The position numbers and the translations under genes were made by a program. 57,957 nucleotides of DNA, from assembly GCA_035942915.1 (NCBI GenBank), contig DASZCR010000271.1:1-57957 (forward strand), in the 5' to 3' direction. The notes under the pieces are model-generated. The model did not search any database. It saw only the letters and a program-made list of their open reading frames with translations, and was not told where the DNA came from. Source of the stretch: Pyrinomonadaceae bacterium (GTDB taxonomy: Bacteria > Acidobacteriota > Blastocatellia > Pyrinomonadales > Pyrinomonadaceae). Below, piece by piece: positions 30,338 through 40,797 of the stretch. Position 1 is the stretch's first letter. Each line of letters opens with the position of its first letter.

Positions 30338-31237
30338 TTAGTTTGGTCGGACGGTTTTGGTCTGTGCTTCTGCGATGACCTGACGGATGGCTGCGATGAC
30401 AAGTTCGGGCTGGTCTTGATGGATGAAGTGGCCGCTTTTTTCGGCTATCACCTGCCGACCTTTGCGCGAGCGGCCGACCAGTTCTTTCTGTAGTTCCAGA
30501 TGCAGTTGATAATACTTGGGAGCGAGCGCCGGAGTTGTATAATCCTCGGCTCTGTACGGGATGCCCTGCGTGAGAACGACGAGCGGAATGTCTGCGCGCC
30601 AGTTGAGAGCGTTCATCAGAGGCCGAAGCGCGCAGGTGTCAATCGCCTCGCCACCCTGTACTTTGAGGTCTTCCGGCCGCGCCGTCCGCAGCAACTCCTT
30701 CAACATCTCCTGCGGCATCAACGCCACGCCACGGTCGGCCTCATCCTCGTGCGCCGAATCGACGAGCACCATGCCGACCACTTCCGCAGGGTAATAACTG
30801 GCGTAGACCCGCGCCAGCATCCCGCCCAGAGAGTGACCGACGAGGACGTAAGGCGCAGGCACTTTGGCCGCCGCCAGAAGCGCGTGCAACTCCTCCGTGA
30901 CGGCGACGACCGTGCGCGGCGACGCGGGCGCGGGCTGACTCGCGCCGAGACCCGCACGGTCGTAAGAGCAGACGCGTGTGAACTTCAAGACCTCCGGTTG
31001 AACCTTCGACCAGACCGAAGCGTCGCTCCCGAAACCCGATTCGAGCACGACGGTCGGACTTCCTGAGACGCGCTCTCCCATGCAGTTGAGACGCAGCCGC
31101 CGCCCTCCGACCTCGACCATCTGTCCGGCGGTCTGTGAAGACCCGTCGGCCTGATTTCCCCCGACTTGCGCTGAGGCGCACCCGGCCGACGCGACGGCGC
31201 ACACAGCCATCAGCAGAAGCCTTCCCGCGACGTGCAT
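30338..31237 (-). CDS. secreted alpha/beta hydrolase
   Basis: Signal peptide, GHSLGG nucleophile elbow, 299 aa, GGAGG RBS. Confidence 0.8.
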   Translation of the reverse strand: MHVAGRLLLMAVCAVASAGCASAQVGGNQADGSSQTAGQMVEVGGRRLRLNCMGERVSGSPTVVLESGFGSDASVWSKVQPEVLKFTRVCSYDRAGLGASQPAPASPRTVVAVTEELHALLAAAKVPAPYVLVGHSLGGMLARVYASYYPAEVVGMVLVDSAHEDEADRGVALMPQEMLKELLRTARPEDLKVQGGEAIDTCALRPLMNALNWRADIPLVVLTQGIPYRAEDYTTPALAPKYYQLHLELQKELVGRSRKGRQVIAEKSGHFIHQDQPELVIAAIRQVIAEAQTKTVRPN

Positions 31238-31348
31238 CCTCTGTCTCCTCCTCTTCTTTCAAGGGTCGTGTTGAGGACAGACACCGGCGGCGCGCGAAAA
31301 GTTCCAGAGAGGCGTCGCGCGGGGGCGCGTGGCTAATCACAGAATTGG

Positions 31349-33235
31349 CTAATCGCCGAACTGTAGGCTGTCGCGCAAGGGCGCGTCCTTGATGGCCTCT
31401 TCGCGTGAGTCGTCTGCGTACTGCAACTTGTAGAGTCGCCAGTAGAGGCCGCGTGCGGTGAGCAACTCCTGATGCGACCCCTGTTCGCGGATTTCGCCGT
31501 GATGCATGACGATAATGCGGTCTGCGCGTTGGACGGTCGAGAGGCGATGCGCGATGACGATTGAGGTGCGGTCGCGCATCACGCGCTCGATGGCCTGCTG
31601 GATGAGTTGCTCGGTCTCTGTGTCGATAGAACTGGTCGCTTCGTCGAGAATCAGCAGCGCGGGGTCGAAGGCGAGAGCGCGCGCAAACGAGATGAGCTGC
31701 TTCTGACCGACCGAAAGCCCCGCGCCGCGCTCGCGCACCTCCGTCTCATACTTGCGCGGCAGGCGTTGGATGAAGTCGTCTGCACGCACCTCGCGCGCCG
31801 CCCAGTTGATGCGCTCGGCGTCTATCTCCTCACGCCCCAGACGGATGTTCGATTCGACCGTGCCGCTGAACAGGAACACGTCCTGCAAGACGACGGCGAA
31901 GTTCTCCCGCAGCGCCTTCAAGTCCCATTCGCGCACGTCAACGCCGTCAAGAAGAATCTGCCCGCGCGTCACGTCGTAGAAGCGCATGAGCAGATTCGTT
32001 ATCGTCGTCTTGCCGGAGCCTGTGTGGCCGACGAGCGCGATTGACTGACCCGGTTCGACCGTGAAGGAGACATCCTTCAAGACCCATTCTTCGCCCTTGT
32101 AGGCGAACCACACGTTGCGAAACTCGATGTGGCCGCGTGCGCGCCCGGCGCGACGCGGATGCTCCGGCGTCTGGATGGCAATAGGCTGGTCGAGCAGCCG
32201 GAAGATGCGATGCGAAGCGACCATCGCCGCCTGTAGGACGTTGTACTTGTCCGAGATTTCGCGGATGGGCTGAAAGAGTTGCTGCGAATACTGTATGAAG
32301 GCGACGAGCGCGCCGACGCTCAAGACCTCGTAGCCCGCAGAGTTCTGCATCACGCGCCAGCCGCCGTACCAGATAACGAGCGCGACGCCGACCGCGCCTA
32401 TCAGGTCAACGAGCGGAAAGAAGACCGCGTAGTAGAAGATGGTCTCGATGTGAGCGCGGCGATGGTCGTCGTTGATGGCGTGAAACTGCTGAAGAGACTT
32501 CTGCTCGCGGTTGAAGATTTGCACGGTCTGCGCGCCCGACAGGTGCTCTTGCAGGAAGGCGTTGATGCGCGCCAGTTTCGTGCGAACAAGGTCGTAACCG
32601 CGCCGCGCGTGTCGGCGAAACCACGTCGTCGCGGCAAAGAGCAACGGCACGGTGATGAGCGTGGCAAGCGTCAGACGCCAGTCCATCCAGAACATGATGG
32701 CAGCGATGGCGAAGATGGTCACCACGTCGCCCAGACCTTCGATGACGCCCGACGTGAACAGTTCATTGAGCGAGTCCACGTCCGAAGTGAGGCGCGTCAT
32801 CACGCGCCCGACGGGGTTGCGGTCGAAGTAGGCGACCTCCTGCCGTTGCAGCTTCGCGTAAATCTCTCCGCGCAGGTCGAACATCACACGCTGCCCGACC
32901 GATTGCAGCATCACGGCCTGAAAGTAGGAGACGAGGAAGTGCAGGAACTTGACGACGAGGAAGATGAGCGCGATGAGGCCAAGCCCCGTCAGACGCTCGT
33001 CATAACTCAACACCGCGCGCGCCTCTTCCACAGGGTTGATGTACCAATCAATCGCGTACTGAAAGAATTTCGGCTGAAGGACGCCGAGTCCGTTCGCCAA
33101 AAGCGTCAGCAGGAGCGCCGGGACGACGAGGTAGAAATAGGGTCGCAGATACTTCAAGAGGCGGCGCGCATGCCCCTTATCGAAGGACTTACCGAGTGCC
33201 TCCTCCTCATGAAATTGTTGGACGCTGGCAGACAT
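31349..33235 (-). CDS. ABC exporter, fused permease/ATPase (MdlB/MsbA-like)
   Basis: Six-TM exporter domain plus [24 protein letters not shown] and [11 protein letters not shown]. Confidence 0.9.
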   Translation of the reverse strand: MSASVQQFHEEEALGKSFDKGHARRLLKYLRPYFYLVVPALLLTLLANGLGVLQPKFFQYAIDWYINPVEEARAVLSYDERLTGLGLIALIFLVVKFLHFLVSYFQAVMLQSVGQRVMFDLRGEIYAKLQRQEVAYFDRNPVGRVMTRLTSDVDSLNELFTSGVIEGLGDVVTIFAIAAIMFWMDWRLTLATLITVPLLFAATTWFRRHARRGYDLVRTKLARINAFLQEHLSGAQTVQIFNREQKSLQQFHAINDDHRRAHIETIFYYAVFFPLVDLIGAVGVALVIWYGGWRVMQNSAGYEVLSVGALVAFIQYSQQLFQPIREISDKYNVLQAAMVASHRIFRLLDQPIAIQTPEHPRRAGRARGHIEFRNVWFAYKGEEWVLKDVSFTVEPGQSIALVGHTGSGKTTITNLLMRFYDVTRGQILLDGVDVREWDLKALRENFAVVLQDVFLFSGTVESNIRLGREEIDAERINWAAREVRADDFIQRLPRKYETEVRERGAGLSVGQKQLISFARALAFDPALLILDEATSSIDTETEQLIQQAIERVMRDRTSIVIAHRLSTVQRADRIIVMHHGEIREQGSHQELLTARGLYWRLYKLQYADDSREEAIKDAPLRDSLQFGD

Positions 33236-33262
33236 TCTTTCGTGTCACGCTTTCCTAAATCA

Positions 33263-33730
33263 TCACGCCGCCGCGTTTCGGTCGGCCGTCTTGTACGAGG
33301 CCGCAAGCAACTGCTCGCGGCGCGGGAAGTGCAGGAGGTCGCCGACGGCGGCGAGGACAAACAGCGCGTACGCATAAGGGTTGCCTTCGATGAGCAACCC
33401 TATCAGGCCGAGCAGCGCCCCGACCTCGCACATCACGAGGGCGATGATGAGCGCCTGCTGTACGAGCGCCGGGTTCTGCTCTCGCTCCGCTTTCGACTGA
33501 AGCACGCGTCTGACGACGAACGACGCAGCCAACGAGGCGACGCCAGCCGCGAAGAAGAGAAGCAACAGGTTCGAGAATCCCGTCGCCGCATCTTCCTCCG
33601 TCTCTCTCGACCGTGCCGTCAGGTATCCGAAGAGCGCGAACACGCCGATGTTAGCCAGAAACGTGATGCAGAGGATACGCAACGTCTGTAAGCGTTGCTC
33701 GACGGTCGCAGGCTTTCCGGTCTGTGTCAT
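33263..33730 (-). CDS. small membrane protein between the two ABC exporter genes
   Basis: Start placed at ATG 33730 (MTQTGKPATVEQ...), giving about 155 aa with 3-4 hydrophobic segments. The Arg-rich 51-aa extension of the track ORF overlaps the upstream gene and is discarded. Confidence 0.5.
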   Translation of the reverse strand: MTQTGKPATVEQRLQTLRILCITFLANIGVFALFGYLTARSRETEEDAATGFSNLLLLFFAAGVASLAASFVVRRVLQSKAEREQNPALVQQALIIALVMCEVGALLGLIGLLIEGNPYAYALFVLAAVGDLLHFPRREQLLAASYKTADRNAAA

Positions 33731-33759
33731 AGCGCGTGCCTCCGGCGTGTGGCGGCCTC

Positions 33760-35523
33760 CTAACTCGCCGCCAGTTCCTCTTCCAACAGTTGCCGCTCGT
33801 AGAGGTCTGCGTACTCGCCGCCGCGCGCGAGCAGTTCTTCGTGCGTGCCCTGTTCGACGATGCGACCGTGTTCGAGAACGCAAATCAGGTCTGCATCACG
33901 CACGGTCGAGATGCGGTGCGAGACGATGAGACTCGTCCGTTCGCGCATCACGCCGCGCAGTTGCGCGAGTATCTTCTCCTCCGTGTAAGTATCGACGGCC
34001 GAGAGCGCATCGTCGAGGATGAGTATCTGCGGCTGTCGCAGGACGGCGCGGGCAATCGCCGTGCGCTGCTTCTGCCCGCCGGAGAGCGTGATGCCGCGCT
34101 CTCCGACCATCGTCTCGAACCCTTCGGGGAAACTGCGGATGTCATCCGTCAGCCCGGCAATCTCGGCCGCCCACTCCACATCTGCGCGCTCGGCCTGCTC
34201 GACGCCGAAGGCGATGTTCTCGGCCAGCGTGTCGCTGAAGAGGAAAGTCTCCTGCGGGACGTAGCCGATTGAGGCGCGCAACTGCGCGAGCGGGTAATCG
34301 CGCACCGAGATGCCGTCGATGAAGACCGTCTCCGGCGGCGCTTCGATGACGCGCGGGATGAGATTCATCAGAGTCGATTTGCCCGAACCCGTGCGCCCGA
34401 CGAAGGCGACCGTCTGTCCTGCCTCAATCGTCAGGTTGATATCTTTGAGCACCGGCTCGGCTTCGGGGCTGTAGGAGAACGTTAGGTGACGCAACTCGAT
34501 GCGTCCGCGTATCGGCGGACGCTCCGTCACGCCCGGTGCGTCCGCTATCGACGGTTCGACCGAGAAGACGGAATTCATCCTCTTGAGGCTGGCCGTGCCG
34601 CGTTGGTAGAGATTGACGACGTAACCGAGCGCGATGAGCGGCCAGATAAGCGTCGTCAGATAGAGGTTGAACTCGACCACCTGCCCGACCGAAATCTCGC
34701 CGCGCACGGCCAGTCGCCCGCCGTACCAGAGAATCAGCACGTAGCCCAGACCGATGACGAATTGGAGCAGCGGTCTCATCATCGCAGAGATGCGGACGAG
34801 CGCCAGATTGCGCTCGGCATACTGCCGGTTGAGGTCTTTGAAGGCCGCTATCTCAGGCTCCTCCTGCGCGTAGGCGCGCACGACCCGGACGCCTGAAAAG
34901 TTCTCCTGCGCGCGCGCCGAAATCCGCGAGAAGAACTCCTGTATCTTCTCAAAGCGGACGTGTACTTGCTGGCCGAAGTACTTGACCGTCAGCGAGACGA
35001 GCGGCATCGTCACCAGCAGCAGCAACGTCAGACGCACGCTGATGCGCAGCATCAAAGGCACGATGATGAGCACGACGAAGACGGTCTGCAACGTGTACAT
35101 AATCATCGGCCCGGCCAACTGCCGGACGGCGGCGAGGTCGTTGGTGGCACGCGCCATCAGGTCGCCCGTGCGGTTCGCGTGGAAAAAGGAGAGCGGAAGC
35201 TTTTGCAGGTGCGCGTAGAAGTCTTGCCGCAGGTCGTATTCGATGTGGCGCGACATGTTGATGATGATGCGCCGTTGCAGAAAGAGGAAGATGCCGCTGA
35301 CGACGCGGACGCCGAGGATGAGGAGCGCGTAGCGCGTCAGCGTCGCCCATGAAATCTCCTCGCGCAGACGGTCAACGGCCGCGCCGACGAGCCAGGGAAC
35401 GAAGAGGCCGACGGCGACCGAAGCGAGAATACAGAGGATGCCCGCGACGAGAGACGTTTTATAAGGGCGAAAATAGCGCGCGAATTTTCTTAAATCGTGC
35501 ATACCGGGAAACCGCACAGACAC
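33760..35523 (-). CDS. ABC exporter, fused permease/ATPase (MdlA-like)
   Basis: Six-TM domain plus [23 protein letters not shown] and [12 protein letters not shown]. Confidence 0.9.
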   Translation of the reverse strand: MSVRFPGMHDLRKFARYFRPYKTSLVAGILCILASVAVGLFVPWLVGAAVDRLREEISWATLTRYALLILGVRVVSGIFLFLQRRIIINMSRHIEYDLRQDFYAHLQKLPLSFFHANRTGDLMARATNDLAAVRQLAGPMIMYTLQTVFVVLIIVPLMLRISVRLTLLLLVTMPLVSLTVKYFGQQVHVRFEKIQEFFSRISARAQENFSGVRVVRAYAQEEPEIAAFKDLNRQYAERNLALVRISAMMRPLLQFVIGLGYVLILWYGGRLAVRGEISVGQVVEFNLYLTTLIWPLIALGYVVNLYQRGTASLKRMNSVFSVEPSIADAPGVTERPPIRGRIELRHLTFSYSPEAEPVLKDINLTIEAGQTVAFVGRTGSGKSTLMNLIPRVIEAPPETVFIDGISVRDYPLAQLRASIGYVPQETFLFSDTLAENIAFGVEQAERADVEWAAEIAGLTDDIRSFPEGFETMVGERGITLSGGQKQRTAIARAVLRQPQILILDDALSAVDTYTEEKILAQLRGVMRERTSLIVSHRISTVRDADLICVLEHGRIVEQGTHEELLARGGEYADLYERQLLEEELAAS

Positions 35524-35719
35524 GTCGCGCCTCGGCTCGAAGTCGGCGTGCCGGTCTCGCGTCTATGATGCGCGATTTCACCTGCAAAGCCAAACGCGGC
35601 GGCGTGGCGAACTGATTCCCGAAGTTTAACGGACGAAGGTCGCGAAAGTGTAAAGCCGATGTCAAAAGGGCTACGACGAAGGAAGGAGCGGCAAGGCAAG
35701 GCTCTGCGTGCAGAGGGCT

Positions 35720-37396
35720 TTAGATGATGGGCGCGTCGGTCGGGGTGGAGATGATGTCTTCGTCTGAGATGCTGAACAGGTCATCCGTCAGGTCAACCTC
35801 CTCAGCCGGTGCGGCAGGGGCGCAGACGCGGTTACGACCCGCGCGCTTGGCCTCGTAGAGAGAGCGGTCGGCGTTCGTCACGAGCAGGTCGCGCGAGCCT
35901 GCGTGGACGGGAAAAGTGGCGATGCCGAAAGAGGCCGTGATGTGACCGACGACAGGCACTTCCATCTTCTCAATCCGCGTGCGCAGGCGCTCCGCAACGA
36001 CAAGCGCGCCCTCCGAATCGGCCGAAGGCAGGATGACGGCGAACTCCTCTCCGCCGTAACGCGCCGCCGTGTCCACCCCGCGCAACTCCTCGCGCAAAGC
36101 CTGCGCGAGCATACGCAAGGCCACGTCTCCGGCGTCGTGTCCGTGCGTGTCGTTGACGGCCTTGAAGTGGTCAACGTCGAGCATGATGAGCGAGACGGGT
36201 TGGCGCAGACGCGTCGCCATGTGGAGGTCGCGTTCGAGTTGCATCTCGAAGGAACGCCGGTTGAAGCAGCCCGTCAAGCCATCGGTTAAAGCCTGCTGCT
36301 GCATCTCTTGAAACAGCCGCGCGTGCCTGACAGCGACAGCCACCTGGTCGGCCACCGTTCGCATGAGCAGCACTTCGTTCTCCTGCCAGACGCGCGTCGG
36401 CTCGTCCGAACGCACGAGCAGCACGCCCATCGCACGCTCGCCGTAAATGAGCGGAACGGCCGCCAGCGGACGCGCGTTAGCATCGCCCGCGCTGGCGATG
36501 GCCGGGTCGTGCCCGTCCTGTACGTGCGCCTTGACGCGCGAGCCGAGACGGACGGTATAGGCGTCGAGGTCGCTAATCAACTCCGCGCGGTCGGCCTCGC
36601 TCAACTCGCCGTCGCGGAAGTAGCAATTGGTGAGAGGCGGGCGACCGTGCTCGCCTTCGACGCGCAGGGCGCTGTGCTGCGCGCCGAGCGCACGCCCGAC
36701 TTCATCCACTGTCGTTTGCAGCACACTCGGCAATTCGAGAGAACTTCTGATGGCCGTCGCAATGCGGTTAACGGCCAATTCGCGCACGGCCTGCTCTTGC
36801 AGCAGGCGCGCCAGCTTCGTCGTCACCGACACCGTCAGTTGCAGCGAAGTCGTCTTCGGCATGCACGTCCGCACGGCCATCGAGAAGGCCGACGACTGAA
36901 ACGGACGCTCGGCCGTGACGCGTGCCATCAGATATTCGAGCGCCGAATAGACGATGTCAGGCTCGAACGTCCAGATAACTTCGTCGCCGTCTTCCGAGCC
37001 GTGCTGCGGGTCGTGTACGGAGGCGAGCAGCGCCGAGAAGCGCGCGTCGGCGATAACGACGAAGCGCTCGTTCTGCGAAGGCGCAGCCCACTTCATCATG
37101 ACCGGCTCGCGGTCGTGCTGGTTAAGTCGCAGAGGTACTTTGTTGAGCGCGTCGTCGCCGGAGACGAAGAAGAAGGCGTGACGCGCGGCGCGCCCGATTT
37201 CGCGCACGCGCGCGATGTCGCGCATCGAACGCTCGGACTCCTCCGGCAGACTCTCGACGACGAGCGCCGCCAGATTGTTCTCCAACACCACGTCCTCAAA
37301 ATAACGATGTAGCTGCGCAATAGTCTGCCCCGCACAACGCACAGACGTGAGTTGACGGGGATGCTGCGCAAGCAATGCGTCGTAGAGTGAAAGCAT
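35720..37396 (-). CDS. GAF-GGDEF diguanylate cyclase with an unassigned N-terminal sensor region
   Basis: GLTGCFNRRSF, LDVDHFKAVNDTHGH, RYGGEEFAVILP. A central GAF-like region. The N-terminal ~180 aa may be DICT-like, unverified. Confidence 0.9.
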   Translation of the reverse strand: MLSLYDALLAQHPRQLTSVRCAGQTIAQLHRYFEDVVLENNLAALVVESLPEESERSMRDIARVREIGRAARHAFFFVSGDDALNKVPLRLNQHDREPVMMKWAAPSQNERFVVIADARFSALLASVHDPQHGSEDGDEVIWTFEPDIVYSALEYLMARVTAERPFQSSAFSMAVRTCMPKTTSLQLTVSVTTKLARLLQEQAVRELAVNRIATAIRSSLELPSVLQTTVDEVGRALGAQHSALRVEGEHGRPPLTNCYFRDGELSEADRAELISDLDAYTVRLGSRVKAHVQDGHDPAIASAGDANARPLAAVPLIYGERAMGVLLVRSDEPTRVWQENEVLLMRTVADQVAVAVRHARLFQEMQQQALTDGLTGCFNRRSFEMQLERDLHMATRLRQPVSLIMLDVDHFKAVNDTHGHDAGDVALRMLAQALREELRGVDTAARYGGEEFAVILPSADSEGALVVAERLRTRIEKMEVPVVGHITASFGIATFPVHAGSRDLLVTNADRSLYEAKRAGRNRVCAPAAPAEEVDLTDDLFSISDEDIISTPTDAPII

Positions 37397-37641
37397 CGGA
37401 AACGGGTGCGGACGCGGGCACGGACGAGGTCTGTCGTCGCGGAGAAACGGGGAACCGAACTGTTGCCGGGGAGTGCAGGCAACAATCGCGAAATATATTT
37501 TTACACAGGCTAAGGGTTTTGTCTATCAAAAATTAAAGTTCGTTAAACAATAATAGAATGAGCATCATAGGGGTCAAAAGCTGTGAAAAAGGTGACGGTC
37601 AAGCCGTCTGCCGAAAAGCGGTCGCAAGCAGGCGAGACGGG

Positions 37642-38067
37642 TCAGCCTTGTTTGACGTAAGTGGTTGTGGCAGTTGAGATTAGGTCGCCGTGCTGGTCTT
37701 TCGCTTCGATGGCGACGATGACGAGGCGGCGACCTGCGCGGAGGATGCGCGCGTCGGCATGCAGGCGTGTGTCGGACGTGGCGGGGCGCAGGTAGTGAAT
37801 CGTCAAATCGACGGTCACGGTGCGCTGGCCGGGCTCAAGCGTGGAGATGACGGCGAAGGCGGCGGCCGTGTCGAGCAGAGAGGCGAGCGCGCCGCCGTGA
37901 ACGATGCCCTCCATGCGCGTCAGTTCCTCGCGCACATTGAGGGTGAGCGTGGCCGCGCCGCGTTCGACGCGAAGCAACTCGATGCCGAGCAGGCGCGCGT
38001 AAGGCACGCGCGCGAAGGCCGCGCGGATGCGCTCCAACTCTTCAGGGGTAAGTGGCCGTTCGTCCAC
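37642..38067 (-). CDS. PaaI-family hotdog thioesterase
   Basis: 141 aa, GIVHGGALASLLDTAAAFAV motif, GTG start. Confidence 0.85.
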   Translation of the reverse strand: MDERPLTPEELERIRAAFARVPYARLLGIELLRVERGAATLTLNVREELTRMEGIVHGGALASLLDTAAAFAVISTLEPGQRTVTVDLTIHYLRPATSDTRLHADARILRAGRRLVIVAIEAKDQHGDLISTATTTYVKQG

Positions 38068-38079
38068 AGGTCTCGAAAC

Positions 38080-38481
38080 TCAATCGCCGAAGAGTCCCGG
38101 CTGACGCGAAGGCTCGTCGTCCGTCTTCTCCTGCGCGAACTCTTCGGGCGTCCAGCGATAGCGCGAGAGGTCGCAACGCCCGCGCGCATCGAAGACGATG
38201 CCCTCTGCTTCGAGCATGCGCTGCTGTTTGTTCGACGGCAGGAGGACGCGCCCCGTCGAGCACGCGCCCTGCGAGTTGATGACGCGATGCCAGGGGTCGT
38301 TCTCGTCGGCCGAGTGCATGACGAAGCCGACGGTGCGCGCCGTGTAACCTTCGCCGAGGATGTCTGCAATCTGCCCGTAAGTCATGACGCGCCCGACGGG
38401 GATGCGTCGAACTATCTGATAGACGCGCTCGCGATAATTGGGCGAGTCAGGGTCGATGGGAGGTTTCCGGGTTTCACTCAT
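38080..38481 (-). CDS. atl: alkyltransferase-like protein (ATL; MGMT DNA-binding domain with Trp replacing the active Cys)
   Basis: VYQIVRRIPVGRVMTYGQIA, DPWHRVINSQG (PWHRV instead of PCHRV) and DLSRYRW closely mirror E. coli YbaZ as I remember it. Start placed at ATG 38481; the S/R-rich 83-aa extension in the track is discarded. Confidence 0.8.
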   Translation of the reverse strand: MSETRKPPIDPDSPNYRERVYQIVRRIPVGRVMTYGQIADILGEGYTARTVGFVMHSADENDPWHRVINSQGACSTGRVLLPSNKQQRMLEAEGIVFDARGRCDLSRYRWTPEEFAQEKTDDEPSRQPGLFGD

Positions 38482-38512
38482 AACTTCTGCGGAGACGACT
38501 TTACGCGTCGCT

Positions 38513-38875
38513 TCAGATGTGTTGCAACACGGCGACGGTTCTCTCGCCGCCCGCGTCGCCGGTGTTGATGGTCGATTTCGGTTCGAGCAGGAGGACGTGC
38601 GCTTCTTCTGCGGCGACGGGCATGTGCTCGACGCCGCGCGGGATGACGACGAACTCGCCCTCGTCGAGATGTATCTCGCCGTCGCGCAGCTTAATCGTGA
38701 GCGTGCCCTTGACGACGAAGAAAAGCTCATCTTCCGTCTCGTGCTGATGCCAGATGAACTCGCCCTTGAGTTTGACCAACTTGACGTAGGAGTCGTTCAA
38801 CTCGGCGGCCACCTTCGGACTCCAATAGTCCTCGAAGAGCGCGAACTTGTCTGCCGGATTCACCTTCTCAATCAT
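38513..38875 (-). CDS. cupin domain protein
   Basis: 120 aa. WHQHETEDELFFVVKG ... GEFVVIPRGVEH two-motif cupin pattern. Confidence 0.8.
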   Translation of the reverse strand: MIEKVNPADKFALFEDYWSPKVAAELNDSYVKLVKLKGEFIWHQHETEDELFFVVKGTLTIKLRDGEIHLDEGEFVVIPRGVEHMPVAAEEAHVLLLEPKSTINTGDAGGERTVAVLQHI

Positions 38876-38888
38876 CAGCCTCTACTCC

Positions 38889-39533
38889 TCAAATCGTCCG
38901 CAACACGGCGCGCGCAGGTGCGCCGTCGCCGCTCCCGCCGTCTATCTTCAACGGCAGACAGATGAATTCGTAGACGCCCGCGCTGACGCCACGTAAATCA
39001 AGCCCCTCGACGATGACGACATCGCGCGAGAGCAGCAACTTATGCGTCGCGAAGTCTTCCGAGTTGAATTGCTCGACCGACAGGTAGTCGATGCCGACGA
39101 GTCGGACGCCGCCTTCGGCGAGGGCGCGCGCGCCGCCGGGCGTGATGTAGGTGAAGTCTTCACGGAAGATGCCGCGCGGGTCGTCCCAGAAGGCAGAGTT
39201 ACGCGTCTTGAAGAGGACGCGTGTCGCGCCGCTGAGGTTCTGCGCGGCGACGTGCGAGGCATCAATCGCGTGCACGTCTTCAGGTATCTCGACGACGCGC
39301 GCTTCGCCGACGAGCATATCGAGCGAGAGGCTCGGCAGGCCGGGCGCGCCGTCGATGAAATGCGCGGGCGCGTCGAGGTGCGTTGCAGTGTGCGCGCCGA
39401 AGTGGAGCATGGTGACATTGGCCGGGTCGCCACGCCGCATCGAAGACCACGCTTCAATCTCGATGCCGGGGTCGCCCGGATAGGTCGGCGTCACGCCCGG
39501 ACGTATCGCCACGCTGATATCATAGATAGCCAT
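38889..39533 (-). CDS. cyclase-family protein (kynurenine formamidase-like)
   Basis: 214 aa. FGAHTATHLDAPAHF metal-binding motif of the putative-cyclase family. Confidence 0.8.
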   Translation of the reverse strand: MAIYDISVAIRPGVTPTYPGDPGIEIEAWSSMRRGDPANVTMLHFGAHTATHLDAPAHFIDGAPGLPSLSLDMLVGEARVVEIPEDVHAIDASHVAAQNLSGATRVLFKTRNSAFWDDPRGIFREDFTYITPGGARALAEGGVRLVGIDYLSVEQFNSEDFATHKLLLSRDVVIVEGLDLRGVSAGVYEFICLPLKIDGGSGDGAPARAVLRTI

Positions 39534-39544
39534 AAGGATGAAGA

Positions 39545-39694
39545 ATGGTAAATGGTAAATGGTGAATAGTAAATGGTGATGTGTGGTGATAAGTGATAGA
39601 TGATAAGTGATGGGCGATAGGAGAAGGACTGTTCTTTCCTATCACCTATCACCCATCACCTATCACTCCGCACTTATCACTCATCACTTATCAC
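39545..39694. repeat. hybrid heptamer element: ATGGTAA-word block fused to a GTGATRG-type palindrome
   Basis: ATGGTAA ATGGTAA ATGGTGA ATAGTAA ATGGTGA, then GTGATAA GTGATAG ATGATAA GTGATGG GCGATAG, core GAGAAGGACTGTTCTTTC, four C-units, TCCGCAC, three C-units. It lies between the divergent cyclase and mqnA genes. Confidence 0.9.
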
Positions 39695-39767
39695 TTCCTT
39701 GCGGCGGGGCGGAGGTGTGCGTTAGCATCGAAGGAGGGAAGAAGAGAAGCGAGATGGCGGACGACGA

Positions 39768-40628
39768 TTGAGAGAGGATGTAAGCGAGAGCAACGTGAGA
39801 GAGGTTAAGAGTGCGGGGCGTCTGCCGCGTGTCGCCGCTTCGAGCTATTTGAACACAGCGCCGCTCATCTGGAGTTTCGCGCACGGCGCGCGTCGCAGTG
39901 AGGTCGAGTTGATGATGGATGCTGCGCCCTCGCGTTGCGCGCAGATGCTGTCGCGCGGGACGGTGGATGCGGCGCTCGTGCCCGTCATCGAATATCAGCG
40001 GATGGCGGATGCGTTGGTCGTGCCGGGCGTCTGCGTGGCCGCGCGCAGGGAAGTGAGGAGCGTGGTGTTGGTGACGCGCGGCGCGCGTCTCGAAGAGGTG
40101 CGGACGGTGGCGCTTGACACCTCTTCGCGCACGTCGGCTGCGCTCGTGCGTGTCATCTTCCGCGAGTTTGTCGAGCGCGAGCCGTTGTTTGCGTCCTCCG
40201 AGCCGAACTTGCGCGAGATGCTGCGCGCAAACGACGCCGCGCTCGTGATTGGCGACCCGGCGATGACCTTCGAGCGCGAGGGCTTGCGCGTCTATGACCT
40301 CGCCGCGCTGTGGCGCGAGCGGACAGGGTTCGGCTTCGTCTTCGCAATGTGGATGGCACGCGCGTCCGCGTCCGAGAGCGTCGGCCGTATAGACTTCGCA
40401 GGGGCGCGCGACGAAGGGCTAGCACGCGTCGAAGAGATAGCGGCGCGTTATGAAGGTGAGTTGAAGTTGCCGCGCGCGGCGCTCGTCTCGTACCTGCGCG
40501 AGAACATCTGTTTCGAGTTGGACGACGAACTGCGTGCGGGGCTGGAACTGTTCTACAAACTCGCGTACCGGCACGGCGTCATCGGCACGCTGCGACCCAT
40601 CCAGACGCTCGGCGCGCCGGTTGCATAA
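39768..40628 (+). CDS. mqnA: chorismate dehydratase MqnA (futalosine pathway)
   Basis: RVAASSYLNTAPL... periplasmic-binding-like fold pattern of MqnA, with an adjacent radical-SAM mqn gene. Start uncertain (TTG 39768 or GTG 39795). Confidence 0.75.
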   Translation: MREDVSESNVREVKSAGRLPRVAASSYLNTAPLIWSFAHGARRSEVELMMDAAPSRCAQMLSRGTVDAALVPVIEYQRMADALVVPGVCVAARREVRSVVLVTRGARLEEVRTVALDTSSRTSAALVRVIFREFVEREPLFASSEPNLREMLRANDAALVIGDPAMTFEREGLRVYDLAALWRERTGFGFVFAMWMARASASESVGRIDFAGARDEGLARVEEIAARYEGELKLPRAALVSYLRENICFELDDELRAGLELFYKLAYRHGVIGTLRPIQTLGAPVA

Positions 40629-40797
40629 GATAAAGACATGATGAAACGTCGCTCCGGCAATTCGCTTCTCGTTAGCGTCTCCCGCGCCTTGAGCGCGAGA
40701 TTAAATTGTCGCGGGAGACGCAGGACGTGCTAGGCAAACGGGCGTCGTCATCGCAAATTGCGAAATGAAAATCGCGGATTCTTAAATTGAGAACGAC

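Noticed and set aside
33263-35523. The two ABC exporters plus the small membrane ORF, considered as a bacteriocin or defence-type export system.
   Set aside because: There is no peptidase C39 domain, no precursor peptide, and no HlyD or outer-membrane partner in the window. It looks like an ordinary heterodimeric MdlAB-type exporter pair.
38482-38730. N-terminal extensions in track ORFs: 83 aa on the ATL gene (38080-38730), 51 aa on the small membrane ORF (33263-33883), 33 aa on GH5, and smaller ones on argR, argC, argF', mreB and rne.
   Set aside because: The extensions are Ser/Arg-rich or overlap the upstream gene, and conserved family N-termini begin at internal ATGs with better context. 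I moved the starts accordingly; the start codons remain unverified.
40690-40732. Hairpin GTCTCCCGCG...CGCGGGAGAC between mqnA and the radical-SAM mqn gene, considered as a riboswitch or terminator.
   Set aside because: It has a 10-bp stem with a 23-nt loop, no U-tract and no recognisable riboswitch core. The evidence is too weak to list as a feature.
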